DNA of 35,048 nucleotides. Origin: Cyclobacteriaceae bacterium. Its GTDB lineage: Bacteria; Bacteroidota; Bacteroidia; Cytophagales; Cyclobacteriaceae. The notes beneath the pieces were generated by a model. That model was not told the DNA's origin, made no database searches, and worked only from the letters and a program-made list of their open reading frames with translations. Position numbers and translations under genes: made by a program. How positions within the stretch are numbered: position 1 is the stretch's first letter; every line of letters begins with the position of its first letter. This document shows positions 8,498 through 19,009 of this stretch, piece after piece. The stretch is from contig JANQPK010000218.1 in the NCBI GenBank assembly GCA_028289505.1, positions 1 through 35,048 on the forward strand. The letters are read 5' to 3'.

Positions 8498-9188
8498 GTT
8501 TAGGGTGTGCTGGCAGTACCGCCTGATCCGACCTGATCATGCCATCTACCAATTGTACGATCCGACTACCATACTGGGCATTTTCGTCCGAGTGGGTAAC
8601 TTGAATAATGGTCATGCCCTCAGCATTTAACTCCTTAAACAATTCCATGATCACCTGACCCTGTTTGGAATGAAGATTGCCGGTAGGTTCGTCTGCCAGT
8701 AGTAATTTAGGCTGGCCGACAATCGCCCGGGCCACCCCCACTAGTTGTTGCTGACCACCTGACAACTGCTCAGGAAACAGGTCCTTCTTAGCTACAATGT
8801 TAAAGCGGTCCAGAATCTCCGCCACCATGGCCTTCCTTTGCTTGCCCTTAATCCCTTTGTATAAAAGCGGTGTTTCGATGTTTTCGTAAACCGTAAGTTC
8901 ATCTATCAGGTGGTAGGCCTGAAATACAAACCCGATATGATGTTTGTGCAATTCAGATCGCTTGCGTTCTTTAAAATGATGAACGGGCTCCTCCATAAAC
9001 AGGTATTCCCCGGCAGAAGGTTGGTCTAGCAAGCCGATAATGTTCAACAGGGTAGACTTTCCTGCGCCACTAGGTCCCATAATGGTAACAAACTCACCTG
9101 ACTTTATTTCAAGTTTGATCCCTTTTAGTACAAAGGTACGGGTGAATTTGCTGCTGTAATACTTATCGATATTATTGAGTTGAATCAC
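8487..9188 (-). CDS. ABC transporter ATP-binding protein, MacB/LolD family (ATPase B)
   Basis: Walker A GPSGAGKST, Q-loop FVFQ, signature LSGGQQQ, Walker B LLLADEPT, H-loop VTHS. GTG start. Confidence 0.92.
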   Translation of the reverse strand: MIQLNNIDKYYSSKFTRTFVLKGIKLEIKSGEFVTIMGPSGAGKSTLLNIIGLLDQPSAGEYLFMEEPVHHFKERKRSELHKHHIGFVFQAYHLIDELTVYENIETPLLYKGIKGKQRKAMVAEILDRFNIVAKKDLFPEQLSGGQQQLVGVARAIVGQPKLLLADEPTGNLHSKQGQVIMELFKELNAEGMTIIQVTHSDENAQYGSRIVQLVDGMIRSDQAVLPAHPKHEG

Positions 9189-9214
9189 GATTTTAGTGTT
9201 TAATATTCAAAGTT

Positions 9215-11635
9215 TTATTCGTTTCTAATAGCGTCTACAGGATTGGCTAGGGCAACCATAAATACTTGCGCAATAACGGTTATAAATGCTATTATCAATA
9301 CTAACAAGGCTGGTAAAGCAAACATCCACCAACCTATTTGGATAGAATAGGCAAAATTTTCCAACCACCTAGAAATGAAAATCCAAATGATTGGCATTGC
9401 AATAACTGCCGCAATAAGTACTAATTTGAGCAACCCAGAGGCGAGATTCATGACCACATTAGTAACACTAGCTCCCAAGACCTTCCTTATACCAATTTCT
9501 TTGGTACGTTCAGTGGTGATTAGGATGGCCAGACCTAGCAATCCCAAACAGCTGATAAATATTGTAACACCTGTAACCCAGGATAGCAGTTCTGCGGTAC
9601 GCTTATCTCTTTGGTACCAAGAAGCTATTCTTTGATCATAAAACTCATAACTAAATGGTTCATCTGGATAGACCTGATCCCAAATTACTTTCATTTTATC
9701 AATTGCCATTGACCAGCTATTTTTATGATTTGACAGTGCTTCAAACCTAATATGGAAGTTTGTGTTAATTAGGGCATTCGTTATAGCGGTAGCACTTATT
9801 CCCGAACGGATTGGCCGGGTGTTGAAATCAGCTACTACCCCGACGATTGGGTATTGAACACCCTCACTGGAAAGTGATTCCCCCACAGCTTGATCGGGGT
9901 AGTCAAAGCCTAGCTGCTGTAGAAAAGTTTCATTTATTAATAGTTCTCTTATGGTATCACTGTTTGTGATATTTCTTCCCGCAAGTAGCTGTAATCCATA
10001 TACATCGAGATAATGCTCATCTCCATACTTGAGCATCAAATTTGCCTCTCTTGTTTCTTGCTTGCCGCTATGACCGAAACTGCGAGATTGTACGCTGGTA
10101 GATGCCGGACTTGAGCCACCACGGCTTACAGATTTTATCTCAGGTAATGACTCCAATTTTTGTTGAAGCAAGTTTCCGTGACCTTGTTCATCATTTGGAA
10201 TGAAAAATGTGATGATGCCCACTTTGTCAAAACCCATTTCGTGATTTAGGGCATATCTTAATTGTAAAACGACCATCCAAGTTGAAGCAATAAAAAAAGT
10301 AGCCACCACAAACTGCACCACCGTTAAACTCATTCGAAATATAGATCTACTTGCTTGCGCCTGGCTTTTTTGAACCATGGAGATCGGTCTAAACCGCGAC
10401 AGTACCAAGCCGGGGTAGGTCCCAGAAATAAACCCAATCACTAGGCAGAGTGCCAGCAAGAATAGCAGCAAGTAAAGCTCCCATCTATAGGTAAAGCCTA
10501 AAGGCAAAAAGTCATGAAATAATCTTAAAATCGTTGGAGTAATAAGAACTGTACATAGAGCCGCTGTTATACAAAGCAAAATTGATTCTGCTATAAACTG
10601 AGCCGCTATCGAATACCGACTTCCCCCCAGTGTTTTTCTTATTCCAATCTCAGAAGCACGCTGATTTCCCCGAGCAGTGGTAAGGTTAACATAGTTAATG
10701 GACCCTAATACCACCAAAAAGATAGCTATGGCTATCAAACCCAAAAGTGTCGATCTACTAGCTACTGGTCGAATGAAGGCACCATATTGTGGATTGAAAT
10801 GCAGATCACTTAAAGGCTGTAGTTCATGTACTTGTTCTTCAGGCTCATAACCCTGTTGATAGGTATGACGGAGTACTCTCAGTTGTTTTTCTATTGAGGT
10901 TGGTGAAGTAGATTTGTCTAGTTTGACCATCAGTTGAAAATCAGAGTCTACATTATCCCATCGGTCCAAGTACCATTTGTACTTAAGACCCGATCCGTAA
11001 ACTGTTGATACTGAAATAAACTCCTTAAAATCAAAGTCAGTCAGTTTATCGCTGTCCTTGACAATCCCAGACACCACTAGCTGTATAGAATCCTGATAAA
11101 CTATTTCCCGGCCAACAGCCTCAGAAAGATCATTTAGATTGAAATAATTCCGTGCTTTACTCTCTGTCAATACCACCTTAAAAGGGTCCTTTAAAGCGGA
11201 TTCAGGATCTCCAACCAGCCAATGATGTTTGAATAACCTGAAATACCCCGGATCGGTCAATATTACACCATTTTGATGCTTTAGAACTTTGGCTTCATTT
11301 CCCCGAATTCCAGGCATTCTTACCTGGTAATCGTGTATTCTGAAGAAACCAACTGCTTCCTCAAATCCTGTCATGTTATTTTTAACTACCTCCGCCAATG
11401 GAATTGGTACACCGGGATTAGGATACTCCTCTCCAAGGATGTATGATTTGGTGACAACCCTGTAAATGCGGTCGACATCAGCATGATGCTTGTCATAACT
11501 TAACTCATGCTTTACGATTTGAAATACCACAAATGACACACAGATGCTGACGGTAAGCCCAAGCAGGTTTATAATGGTGAACAGCTTATGCTTCCACAGA
11601 TTCCTCCAGGCAGTTACCAAATAGTTCTTAAGCAC
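9215..11635 (-). CDS. ABC transporter permease, double FtsX/MacB-like (paralog b)
   Basis: 806 aa. N-terminus MLKNYLVTAWRNLWKHK, FtsX loops SEIGIRKTLGGS and KEIGIRKVLGAS, C-terminus NPVDAIRNE. GTG start. Confidence 0.9.
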   Translation of the reverse strand: MLKNYLVTAWRNLWKHKLFTIINLLGLTVSICVSFVVFQIVKHELSYDKHHADVDRIYRVVTKSYILGEEYPNPGVPIPLAEVVKNNMTGFEEAVGFFRIHDYQVRMPGIRGNEAKVLKHQNGVILTDPGYFRLFKHHWLVGDPESALKDPFKVVLTESKARNYFNLNDLSEAVGREIVYQDSIQLVVSGIVKDSDKLTDFDFKEFISVSTVYGSGLKYKWYLDRWDNVDSDFQLMVKLDKSTSPTSIEKQLRVLRHTYQQGYEPEEQVHELQPLSDLHFNPQYGAFIRPVASRSTLLGLIAIAIFLVVLGSINYVNLTTARGNQRASEIGIRKTLGGSRYSIAAQFIAESILLCITAALCTVLITPTILRLFHDFLPLGFTYRWELYLLLFLLALCLVIGFISGTYPGLVLSRFRPISMVQKSQAQASRSIFRMSLTVVQFVVATFFIASTWMVVLQLRYALNHEMGFDKVGIITFFIPNDEQGHGNLLQQKLESLPEIKSVSRGGSSPASTSVQSRSFGHSGKQETREANLMLKYGDEHYLDVYGLQLLAGRNITNSDTIRELLINETFLQQLGFDYPDQAVGESLSSEGVQYPIVGVVADFNTRPIRSGISATAITNALINTNFHIRFEALSNHKNSWSMAIDKMKVIWDQVYPDEPFSYEFYDQRIASWYQRDKRTAELLSWVTGVTIFISCLGLLGLAILITTERTKEIGIRKVLGASVTNVVMNLASGLLKLVLIAAVIAMPIIWIFISRWLENFAYSIQIGWWMFALPALLVLIIAFITVIAQVFMVALANPVDAIRNE

Positions 11636-11685
11636 GGTTTGGGAGATTATTATTTAAAGCTATATTCATTTCCACTCAATGCTCA

Positions 11686-14067
11686 TCATTCGCTTCTCAA
11701 TGATTTCACCGGGTCTGCCATTGCTGCTTTTAGTGACTGTCCCGAAACTGTTAATGCTGCTACTAGGATGGCTGTCAGTCCTGCAATAGCAAACATCCAC
11801 CACTGCAATTCCACCCGATAGACGAAGCCCTGCAACCATTTATTCATCACATACCAAGCACTAGGTGTGGCTATTAGCATAGCGATTAGCACTAGACGAA
11901 TAAAGTCACCTGATAATAAGGTCACTACACTGGTAATCGAAGCTCCAAGAACCTTGCGGATTCCAATTTCTTTGGTACGTTGCTCGGCCAGAAATGCCAC
12001 CAGAGAAACGAGCCCCAGGCATGCTACCAGAATGGCAAGTCCAGTGAATATGCCATAGATCTTTCCTAATCGCATCTCTGATTGATATAGACTCTGATAA
12101 TTTTGATCCAGGAAGGAAAAGTAAAAGGGACTATTTGGCGCAAACTTTTTCCAGGTTTTTTCTAAGAATGCTATGGTTCCTGGCACATCATCCTCACTAA
12201 TGCGTACTTCAATATTATTGTAATCGTAGGCAGAAGTACCTAGTAAAATAAACAAAGGGGCGATCTGGTGGTGTAGTGATTGAAAATGAAAATCTTCCAC
12301 AACGCCAATTACTTGATAGTTTTGGTTGTTCCGTTGAATCTGAGCCTGCAGGGGGGCCTCAATGTTTAGCTTTTTAGTAGCGGCTACATTTAAAATCATT
12401 GCCAAGGTATCGTTAGCAAACTCAGGGGAGAAATTACGACCTAATTTCAAGGGAATATCAAACGTGGGAAGAAACTCATAATCCACCAATAGTCTGTTTA
12501 ATTCAAACAACTCATTCTCTTCTTGACCGCGTACCAATAATCCGCCCTGTGAATTAGTAATTAGATGGGGACTTTGACTGGAAGCAGCTATATTTTTAAC
12601 CTTAGGATAACGTTTTACTTCATTTACAAAAGCCTCATAGTGATTTTTCATAGCATTGTTCAACAACACTACATTTTCATGATTATACCCCAGGTTTTTG
12701 CTTTGTACGAATTGCAGTTGGTAATAGACCACCATGGTACATACAATAAGCGCAATAGAAACGCTAAACTGGAATATCACTAAAGCGTTGCGGAAGTTCT
12801 TTCCTGCTCCACCTGTTTTGAATTTGCCACGTAGTGCCTGTACTGGTCGAAATCGGGTTAAGTAAAAAGCCGGGTATAAGCCAGCCAGGATACCAATCCC
12901 AACACCTGCCATCAATACCAACATACCGGTGATCGGATGCTCCAGTAGATTGAGGGATAGTTGTTTATTAGCTAGTTGATTAAATGGATGTCGGAATAAT
13001 TCAGCCAATCCCAATCCAAGCAAGGCAGCTATTACGCTTACCAGTATTGATTCTGTTAAAAATTGATTGATGAGTAGACCCTGACCCGATCCCATGGTTT
13101 TGCGCACACCCACTTCCCTTGCCCGATTTGATGAGCGCGCTGTAGACATGTTTACATAATTGATGCTGGCTATGATTATTATCAACAAAGCAATAATGGA
13201 AAAGGTGTAGACGTATTTGATATCACTATTGGCCTCCAATTCCATCTCCATTTGAGAATGCAAGTGTATATCCTTCAATGGTTGTGCGAAAAAATCGACG
13301 TCAAATTTTTGTAAATCAATCCACTCTTCAATGTTGGGATTGTACTTCAGACAAACTTCTTTAATCTTCTGCGGTATATCTATTGCTGAGCTGTTATCAG
13401 CTAATAGAAAATATGTAGAAACAGTTCCGTTCACGTCTCCCCAGTTTACTACCTGTCTTGTGCGAGGCTCAAATTGTTTGATAAGTTCGAAATGGAAGTG
13501 GGCATTGGATGGCGGGTTGCCGGCTACACCGGTAACCTGATAAATTATACCATCCATTTCAATGGTTTTTCCAAGAATACCCTCAGTCTTGTTAAACAAG
13601 AGAATTGCCAGCTTCTCAGTCAATACTATAGAATTTGGGTCATCAAGGGCGGTATTTGGATTGCCTTCTATTAGAGGAAAGGTGAAGAAATTAAAGAAAT
13701 TGCTATCTACAGCAATTGTCTCTATTCCAGGAAACAACCGATCATGCTGCCTGATGGTATGGTCCCACATCTTTTGCACTCGGAGAGTGGTTTGGATTTC
13801 TGGGATTTCAACATCAATGACTTCAGCAATATGGTAGTTGGTAGAAGCACATTGACTTATGGTTCCATTAAAATTAAACTTTGTGGTTACCCGATAAATA
13901 CTGTCAGCATTACCATGAAAACGATCATAGCTCAATTCATCTATCACATAAAGGGTAATCAGTAAGCTTGCAGCAAACCCAATAGATAATCCAATGACGT
14001 TAGTAAGAGTATAAAACTTATACTTCCATAAGTTGCGGTAGGCTATGGTAAGATAGCTTTTGATCAT
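11686..14067 (-). CDS. ABC transporter permease, double FtsX/MacB-like (paralog c)
   Basis: 793 aa. N-terminus MIKSYLTIAYRNLWKYK, loops REVGVRKTMGSG and KEIGIRKVLGAS, C-terminus DPVKSLRSE. Confidence 0.9.
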   Translation of the reverse strand: MIKSYLTIAYRNLWKYKFYTLTNVIGLSIGFAASLLITLYVIDELSYDRFHGNADSIYRVTTKFNFNGTISQCASTNYHIAEVIDVEIPEIQTTLRVQKMWDHTIRQHDRLFPGIETIAVDSNFFNFFTFPLIEGNPNTALDDPNSIVLTEKLAILLFNKTEGILGKTIEMDGIIYQVTGVAGNPPSNAHFHFELIKQFEPRTRQVVNWGDVNGTVSTYFLLADNSSAIDIPQKIKEVCLKYNPNIEEWIDLQKFDVDFFAQPLKDIHLHSQMEMELEANSDIKYVYTFSIIALLIIIIASINYVNMSTARSSNRAREVGVRKTMGSGQGLLINQFLTESILVSVIAALLGLGLAELFRHPFNQLANKQLSLNLLEHPITGMLVLMAGVGIGILAGLYPAFYLTRFRPVQALRGKFKTGGAGKNFRNALVIFQFSVSIALIVCTMVVYYQLQFVQSKNLGYNHENVVLLNNAMKNHYEAFVNEVKRYPKVKNIAASSQSPHLITNSQGGLLVRGQEENELFELNRLLVDYEFLPTFDIPLKLGRNFSPEFANDTLAMILNVAATKKLNIEAPLQAQIQRNNQNYQVIGVVEDFHFQSLHHQIAPLFILLGTSAYDYNNIEVRISEDDVPGTIAFLEKTWKKFAPNSPFYFSFLDQNYQSLYQSEMRLGKIYGIFTGLAILVACLGLVSLVAFLAEQRTKEIGIRKVLGASITSVVTLLSGDFIRLVLIAMLIATPSAWYVMNKWLQGFVYRVELQWWMFAIAGLTAILVAALTVSGQSLKAAMADPVKSLRSE

Positions 14068-14125
14068 AGTGGTAAAGTTTAGAGTACCTATGAGGATGTA
14101 TTATACTCAAATTCATAATTCGTAA

Positions 14126-16555
14126 TCATTCATTCCTAAGTGCCTCCACAGGATTAGCCATGCCAGCTCGAACAGCCTTTAAGCCAATGGTAATCAGCGC
14201 CATGACCACCGTCAATATGGCTGCTGCCCCCAATACCCACCATGGAACTTCAATCCGGTAACTAAAATCCTGAAGCCACTGCCTTGAAAGATATAGCCCC
14301 AGGGGAAATGCTACCAAAAATGAAACTCCAATCAATTTCATGAAACTCATGGTCAACATGGAGACAATTTGTGATACAGATGAACCTAATACTTTTCGGA
14401 TGCCTATCTCTTTAACTTTTTGTTCTACTGTGAAGGTCACCAACCCAAATAAGCCAATCAGAGCCACGAAAATGGTCAGCATGGTAAATACCCTAAGTAC
14501 CCCACTCAAGTTGGTTTCTGAGCGGTAGGTTTCTTTATACGATTCGGCAAGCACTGTATAATTAAAAGGTTCTCCGGTGCCAAAATCACTCCATAATTCC
14601 TTCATGGTAGCAATTAGCTCTGACAGCTCGGCATCATGGGCCCGAACGATTAGACCTGAGTTGGGTACATTGATCATACCTAATGGAGCGATTGACTGGT
14701 ACAGGGTTTTGAAATGGAAATCTTTCACTACTCCAATAATTTTCAAGTCTCTTTTACCACCTTCTAAATCAGTACCCATGGAAATTACTTTACCTACCGC
14801 ATCAGCGCCCAACCCAAAGATGCGAGCAGCAGTTTCATTAATGATGGTACTGGATGAATCGTTTGCTTGATTGTTTGAGAAATTGCGACCAGCTACCAAC
14901 TCCATTCCCATAGTTTCTAGATATTGGTCATCTACAAAATATAAATGGGTTCGTCTGAAAGAATCGGAGTTTGCATCCGGGTAAATATTGTACATACTAT
15001 TATTGGTGCTTCCGGAGGGGACATAGCCTGATCGGGTAATACTTGCTACCCTGCTGTCGGCTTCAAGTTGTTGCTTGAACACTATTTCCTTTTCTCCTAA
15101 GATCCAACTTTCCCTAATCACCAGCAGTCGATCTTTATTGTATCCGAGATCCTTATTCAGAATAAAGTTCATCTGAAGATCCGCTATCAAAGTACCAATA
15201 ATCAATATCACTGAAATGGAGAATTGAAGTATCACCAACCCACCACGTACCCATTGGGTATTACTCCGTTGGTAAATTTTGCCTTTTAATGCGGAGATGG
15301 GTTTAAATGATGATAACACTAAAGCTGGGTACAATCCCGCCAAAACGCCGATGGCCAAACCGATTAAGGCCAGAAAAATCAGTATTTTCGGGGTTAACAG
15401 TGAGCTGATTAACAGGGTTTTACCGGATAGTGCATTGAAATAGGGTAATGCTACCACTACAATCAGGATCGAAAGAACCATGGCAAATACCGTAATTACC
15501 GTAGATTCGGTCAGGAACTGCAGAATAAGTTGTCCCTTGTATCCACCAAGAACTTTTTTTACGCCAACTTCCCTGGACCTCTGGGAAGCAATTGCGGTCG
15601 AAAGATTAATAAAATTGATACAGGCGATTACCAGGATAAACAATGCCACGGCACTTAATATGTATATGGTCTTGATGCTGCCTGACTGCTCGATTTCATC
15701 GTTCTGTTCCGTTAATTCTGATGGTAGGTGAATATCAGTTAATGGTTGTAAGAATAGCCCCACGTGGTTGCCGTTGCTGTTGAATTCTGCATATGACATG
15801 CCCAAAGCCTGTTGTATTTGCGGTCCCATGTATTTTTCCACTATGGAAGGAAGCTTGCTTTCAAGATCGGCTAGCTCAGTACCTTCTTGCAGCAACAGGT
15901 AGGAGTAACTATTGGACTGCACCCATTCATAATCCATTTTATCCTCTAATCCTAGGGTAGTAGCAAATAGATCGAAGTGAAAATGAGAGTTTGTTGGGAC
16001 CTCTTCCATCACCCCACTGACTTTATACCGTTTGCCCATATCATGGAAATCCAATACTTTACCAACTGGATTTTCTTCCCCGAAATACTTCCTTGATGTC
16101 TCCTTAGTGATTACTACCGAGTTTGGCTGGTTCAATACCGTGCTTAAGTCTCCGCTGATTAGTGGTAAACTGAATACTTGAAAAAACTCAGGATCCACAA
16201 AAGCGACACGAGTGGTTCTTAATGTTGTTTTGCCGTAGGAAATTTTAGGAGTACCGTAATTCTTAAGTCTAACTCCCAGTTCTACTTCTGGAAACTCATC
16301 CTGTAAAGTTTTTGAAACCGGGGTAGGAGTGGAGAATTCGGTTATCAATTCATCACTGATCTTTCCCTTTAGCACCACCCTGGCAATTCTGTGGGCGTTT
16401 TCGTGGAATCGATCATAGCTGTATTCGTCTGCCACAAAGAGCATGATGAAAATACAGGTAGATATACCCAGAGCAAGACCTCCAATATTAATCATTGAAA
16501 GCATCCTGTTCTTTAATAGGTTTCTCCAGGCGATTAAAAGGTTGTTCTTAAACAT
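14126..16555 (-). CDS. ABC transporter permease, double FtsX/MacB-like (paralog d)
   Basis: 809 aa. N-terminus MFKNNLLIAWRNLLKNR, loops REVGVKKVLGG and KEIGIRKVLGSS, C-terminus NPVEALRNE. Confidence 0.9.
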   Translation of the reverse strand: MFKNNLLIAWRNLLKNRMLSMINIGGLALGISTCIFIMLFVADEYSYDRFHENAHRIARVVLKGKISDELITEFSTPTPVSKTLQDEFPEVELGVRLKNYGTPKISYGKTTLRTTRVAFVDPEFFQVFSLPLISGDLSTVLNQPNSVVITKETSRKYFGEENPVGKVLDFHDMGKRYKVSGVMEEVPTNSHFHFDLFATTLGLEDKMDYEWVQSNSYSYLLLQEGTELADLESKLPSIVEKYMGPQIQQALGMSYAEFNSNGNHVGLFLQPLTDIHLPSELTEQNDEIEQSGSIKTIYILSAVALFILVIACINFINLSTAIASQRSREVGVKKVLGGYKGQLILQFLTESTVITVFAMVLSILIVVVALPYFNALSGKTLLISSLLTPKILIFLALIGLAIGVLAGLYPALVLSSFKPISALKGKIYQRSNTQWVRGGLVILQFSISVILIIGTLIADLQMNFILNKDLGYNKDRLLVIRESWILGEKEIVFKQQLEADSRVASITRSGYVPSGSTNNSMYNIYPDANSDSFRRTHLYFVDDQYLETMGMELVAGRNFSNNQANDSSSTIINETAARIFGLGADAVGKVISMGTDLEGGKRDLKIIGVVKDFHFKTLYQSIAPLGMINVPNSGLIVRAHDAELSELIATMKELWSDFGTGEPFNYTVLAESYKETYRSETNLSGVLRVFTMLTIFVALIGLFGLVTFTVEQKVKEIGIRKVLGSSVSQIVSMLTMSFMKLIGVSFLVAFPLGLYLSRQWLQDFSYRIEVPWWVLGAAAILTVVMALITIGLKAVRAGMANPVEALRNE

Positions 16556-16584
16556 AGTCTTATTGGCTGCATGCTCTTGCTGTC

Positions 16585-18981
16585 CTACTCATATTTCAGT
16601 GCTTTCACAGGGTTGGAATTGGTGGCCTTCACCACATGATAGCTAATGGTAATTAAAGCAATAACCAATGCTACCATTCCTCCAACTATAAAAATCAATG
16701 GATTTATATCTACACGATAGGCGAAATTGGTGAGCCAATTCTTCAGAAATAGAAAAGCCATTGGGGTAGCAAAAACCAGGGAAATTAATACCAGTCTGGC
16801 AAAATTTCGCGAAAGCAGTGCCATCAATCCTAAGGTGGAAGCCCCCAATACTTTCCTGATACCTACTTCTTTTATCCTTCGTTCGGTAGCAATGGAAGCA
16901 AGCCCAAAAAGCCCTAAACATCCAATAAAAATGGACAACACGGCCATGATGGCAATAACATAACCCATCTGCTGGTCGGTTTGGTAGAGATTCTGAAAAT
17001 GATCATCTAGGAACTGGTAGTCAAAAGGGTATTTACTTACAAATTGGCCATATACTCTTTCAAGGTCCAGTAGAGATTGTCCTATGTTGGCACCATTTAA
17101 CTTAACCGACATCTCGCTAAACCCCCAGTCGGTATGGACCACCATTGAAAGTGTATTGACAGGGAAGTGCAAAGAATTGAAGTTAAAGTCCTTGGTTACA
17201 CCGATAATGGTACCTAAAGAATCATCCGGATACCACGAATGTCCTGCATTGACCCCAATTGGCTGATCAAGTCCAAGTTCTCTGGCTAGAGACTCGTTGA
17301 TAATAAATGCCAGGCCATCATCAGTGACATACTCCTTGGAAAAACCACGGCCTTCTAACAGTTCAATACCATACACTTCCAGGTAGTCGTGATCTACAGA
17401 TACATTAGATGTAGTGATTACCTCCGCTTCACTCCCTTCCTTCTTTATTTTAAATCCCCATTGATGAAAATTACTTCCAATCCTTTGACCAGAGGCAGTT
17501 ACCCCCAAAACATTAGATTCTTTAAGCAGTGCCAGCTTCATCTCTGCATAGTTTTCCATGGCCTCTTCATTAAGGCCTACCAAAATGATATGGTCTTTGT
17601 TGAATCCTATATCCTTGTTTTTAAGAAAATTAAGCTGTTGGACTACCACTAGGGTGCTAACAATTATGGCCAGGGCCAGGCTAAACTGAATCACTACCAT
17701 GGAATTGCCCAAAAAAGAATGCTGTCCAAATGCTTTGATCCCTTTAAGTACCGCTATAGGCTTAAATGAGGAGAGATAAAAGGAGGGGTACAATCCAGCT
17801 AAAACGCCAAGTAATATTGTGGTAGCTACTAGAGTTCCAATTAATAATGGATCAGTCAAAATAGGGCTTAGTGAAAGCTGCCGATCAATCAGGGCGTTGA
17901 GCAGGGGTAGAGCAAGCAACGCGATTAGTAAACCCACTATAAAAGCAATAAAGGCTAGAAATGTTGATTCAATGATAAACTGGGTAAACAATTGCTGCTT
18001 TATCGCTCCATTGGTCTTCCTAACCCCGATTTCCTTGGCTCTTCCGCTGGCTCTGGCCACCGTTAAGTTCATAAAATTGAAGCTGGCGATAACAATAATG
18101 AATAGCCCCACCAGGATAAATACCTGGATATAAGTTCCATTGAATTTTCTGTAGTTATTGTAGTCATGCTCTATATCAATAGAATTTAAGTGCACTTGAT
18201 CAAGTGGTTGTAAAAAGAGCTTATAAGCATCATTGATATCCTCTTCGCCGGTGCTTCTAATCAGATAATCGGGGTACAGCTCAGCCATATTAGCCAAATT
18301 GGCATCTGAGCGCAGTACGAAATAGGTAACAAGGTAGTTGCTTCCAAATTCTGAGTCAAAATCAGGATTGTCTGCAATTGACCTAACATTTAACAAGACA
18401 TTGAATTTAAGATGGCTGTTTTCAGGTACATTTGCCATCACCCCCCGGACTATATATTGATCACCACCAATTACCACGCTTTCTCCTACTACATCTATTC
18501 TATTAAACAGAGCCTGAGCGATATCTTCGGAAATTACTGCGTCATATGGACGATCCAATACCAAACCTGGATCGCCATGAATTAACTGGTAATCAAAGAT
18601 TTCCAGGAAACTACTATCGACTGCAGCTATATTTTCTACCAGTATACTATGATCACCATCAGCCATCATTCTTTCCCCAAGCCCCCAGAATCTGGTATAA
18701 GCCTCAATCTCCTGAAACTCGGCGGTCATGGTGGGGCCCATACCCGGCATACTGAGGGCTACATTTTGGGTATTGGTCCCTTCAAAGCTTTGCACTTCGC
18801 ATAAACGGTAGATTTGTTGTTTTTTTTCGTGGAATGAATCAAAGGACAATTCATCGGTCACAAAAAGGAAGATTACCAGGCATGCCGCCATCCCGATTGA
18901 CAAACTCAAAATATTGATGGCGGTTATGCCTTTATGCTTCAACAAGTTCCTGACTGCAATTTTTAGATAGTTTTTAAGCAT
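16585..18981 (-). CDS. ABC transporter permease, double FtsX/MacB-like (paralog e)
   Basis: 798 aa. N-terminus MLKNYLKIAVRNLLKHK, loops KEIGVRKTNGA and KEVGIRKVLGAS, C-terminus NPVKALKYE. Confidence 0.9.
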   Translation of the reverse strand: MLKNYLKIAVRNLLKHKGITAINILSLSIGMAACLVIFLFVTDELSFDSFHEKKQQIYRLCEVQSFEGTNTQNVALSMPGMGPTMTAEFQEIEAYTRFWGLGERMMADGDHSILVENIAAVDSSFLEIFDYQLIHGDPGLVLDRPYDAVISEDIAQALFNRIDVVGESVVIGGDQYIVRGVMANVPENSHLKFNVLLNVRSIADNPDFDSEFGSNYLVTYFVLRSDANLANMAELYPDYLIRSTGEEDINDAYKLFLQPLDQVHLNSIDIEHDYNNYRKFNGTYIQVFILVGLFIIVIASFNFMNLTVARASGRAKEIGVRKTNGAIKQQLFTQFIIESTFLAFIAFIVGLLIALLALPLLNALIDRQLSLSPILTDPLLIGTLVATTILLGVLAGLYPSFYLSSFKPIAVLKGIKAFGQHSFLGNSMVVIQFSLALAIIVSTLVVVQQLNFLKNKDIGFNKDHIILVGLNEEAMENYAEMKLALLKESNVLGVTASGQRIGSNFHQWGFKIKKEGSEAEVITTSNVSVDHDYLEVYGIELLEGRGFSKEYVTDDGLAFIINESLARELGLDQPIGVNAGHSWYPDDSLGTIIGVTKDFNFNSLHFPVNTLSMVVHTDWGFSEMSVKLNGANIGQSLLDLERVYGQFVSKYPFDYQFLDDHFQNLYQTDQQMGYVIAIMAVLSIFIGCLGLFGLASIATERRIKEVGIRKVLGASTLGLMALLSRNFARLVLISLVFATPMAFLFLKNWLTNFAYRVDINPLIFIVGGMVALVIALITISYHVVKATNSNPVKALKYE

Positions 18982-19009
18982 GGAGCGAAGAGCTTAGAGC
19001 ATGGAGTAA

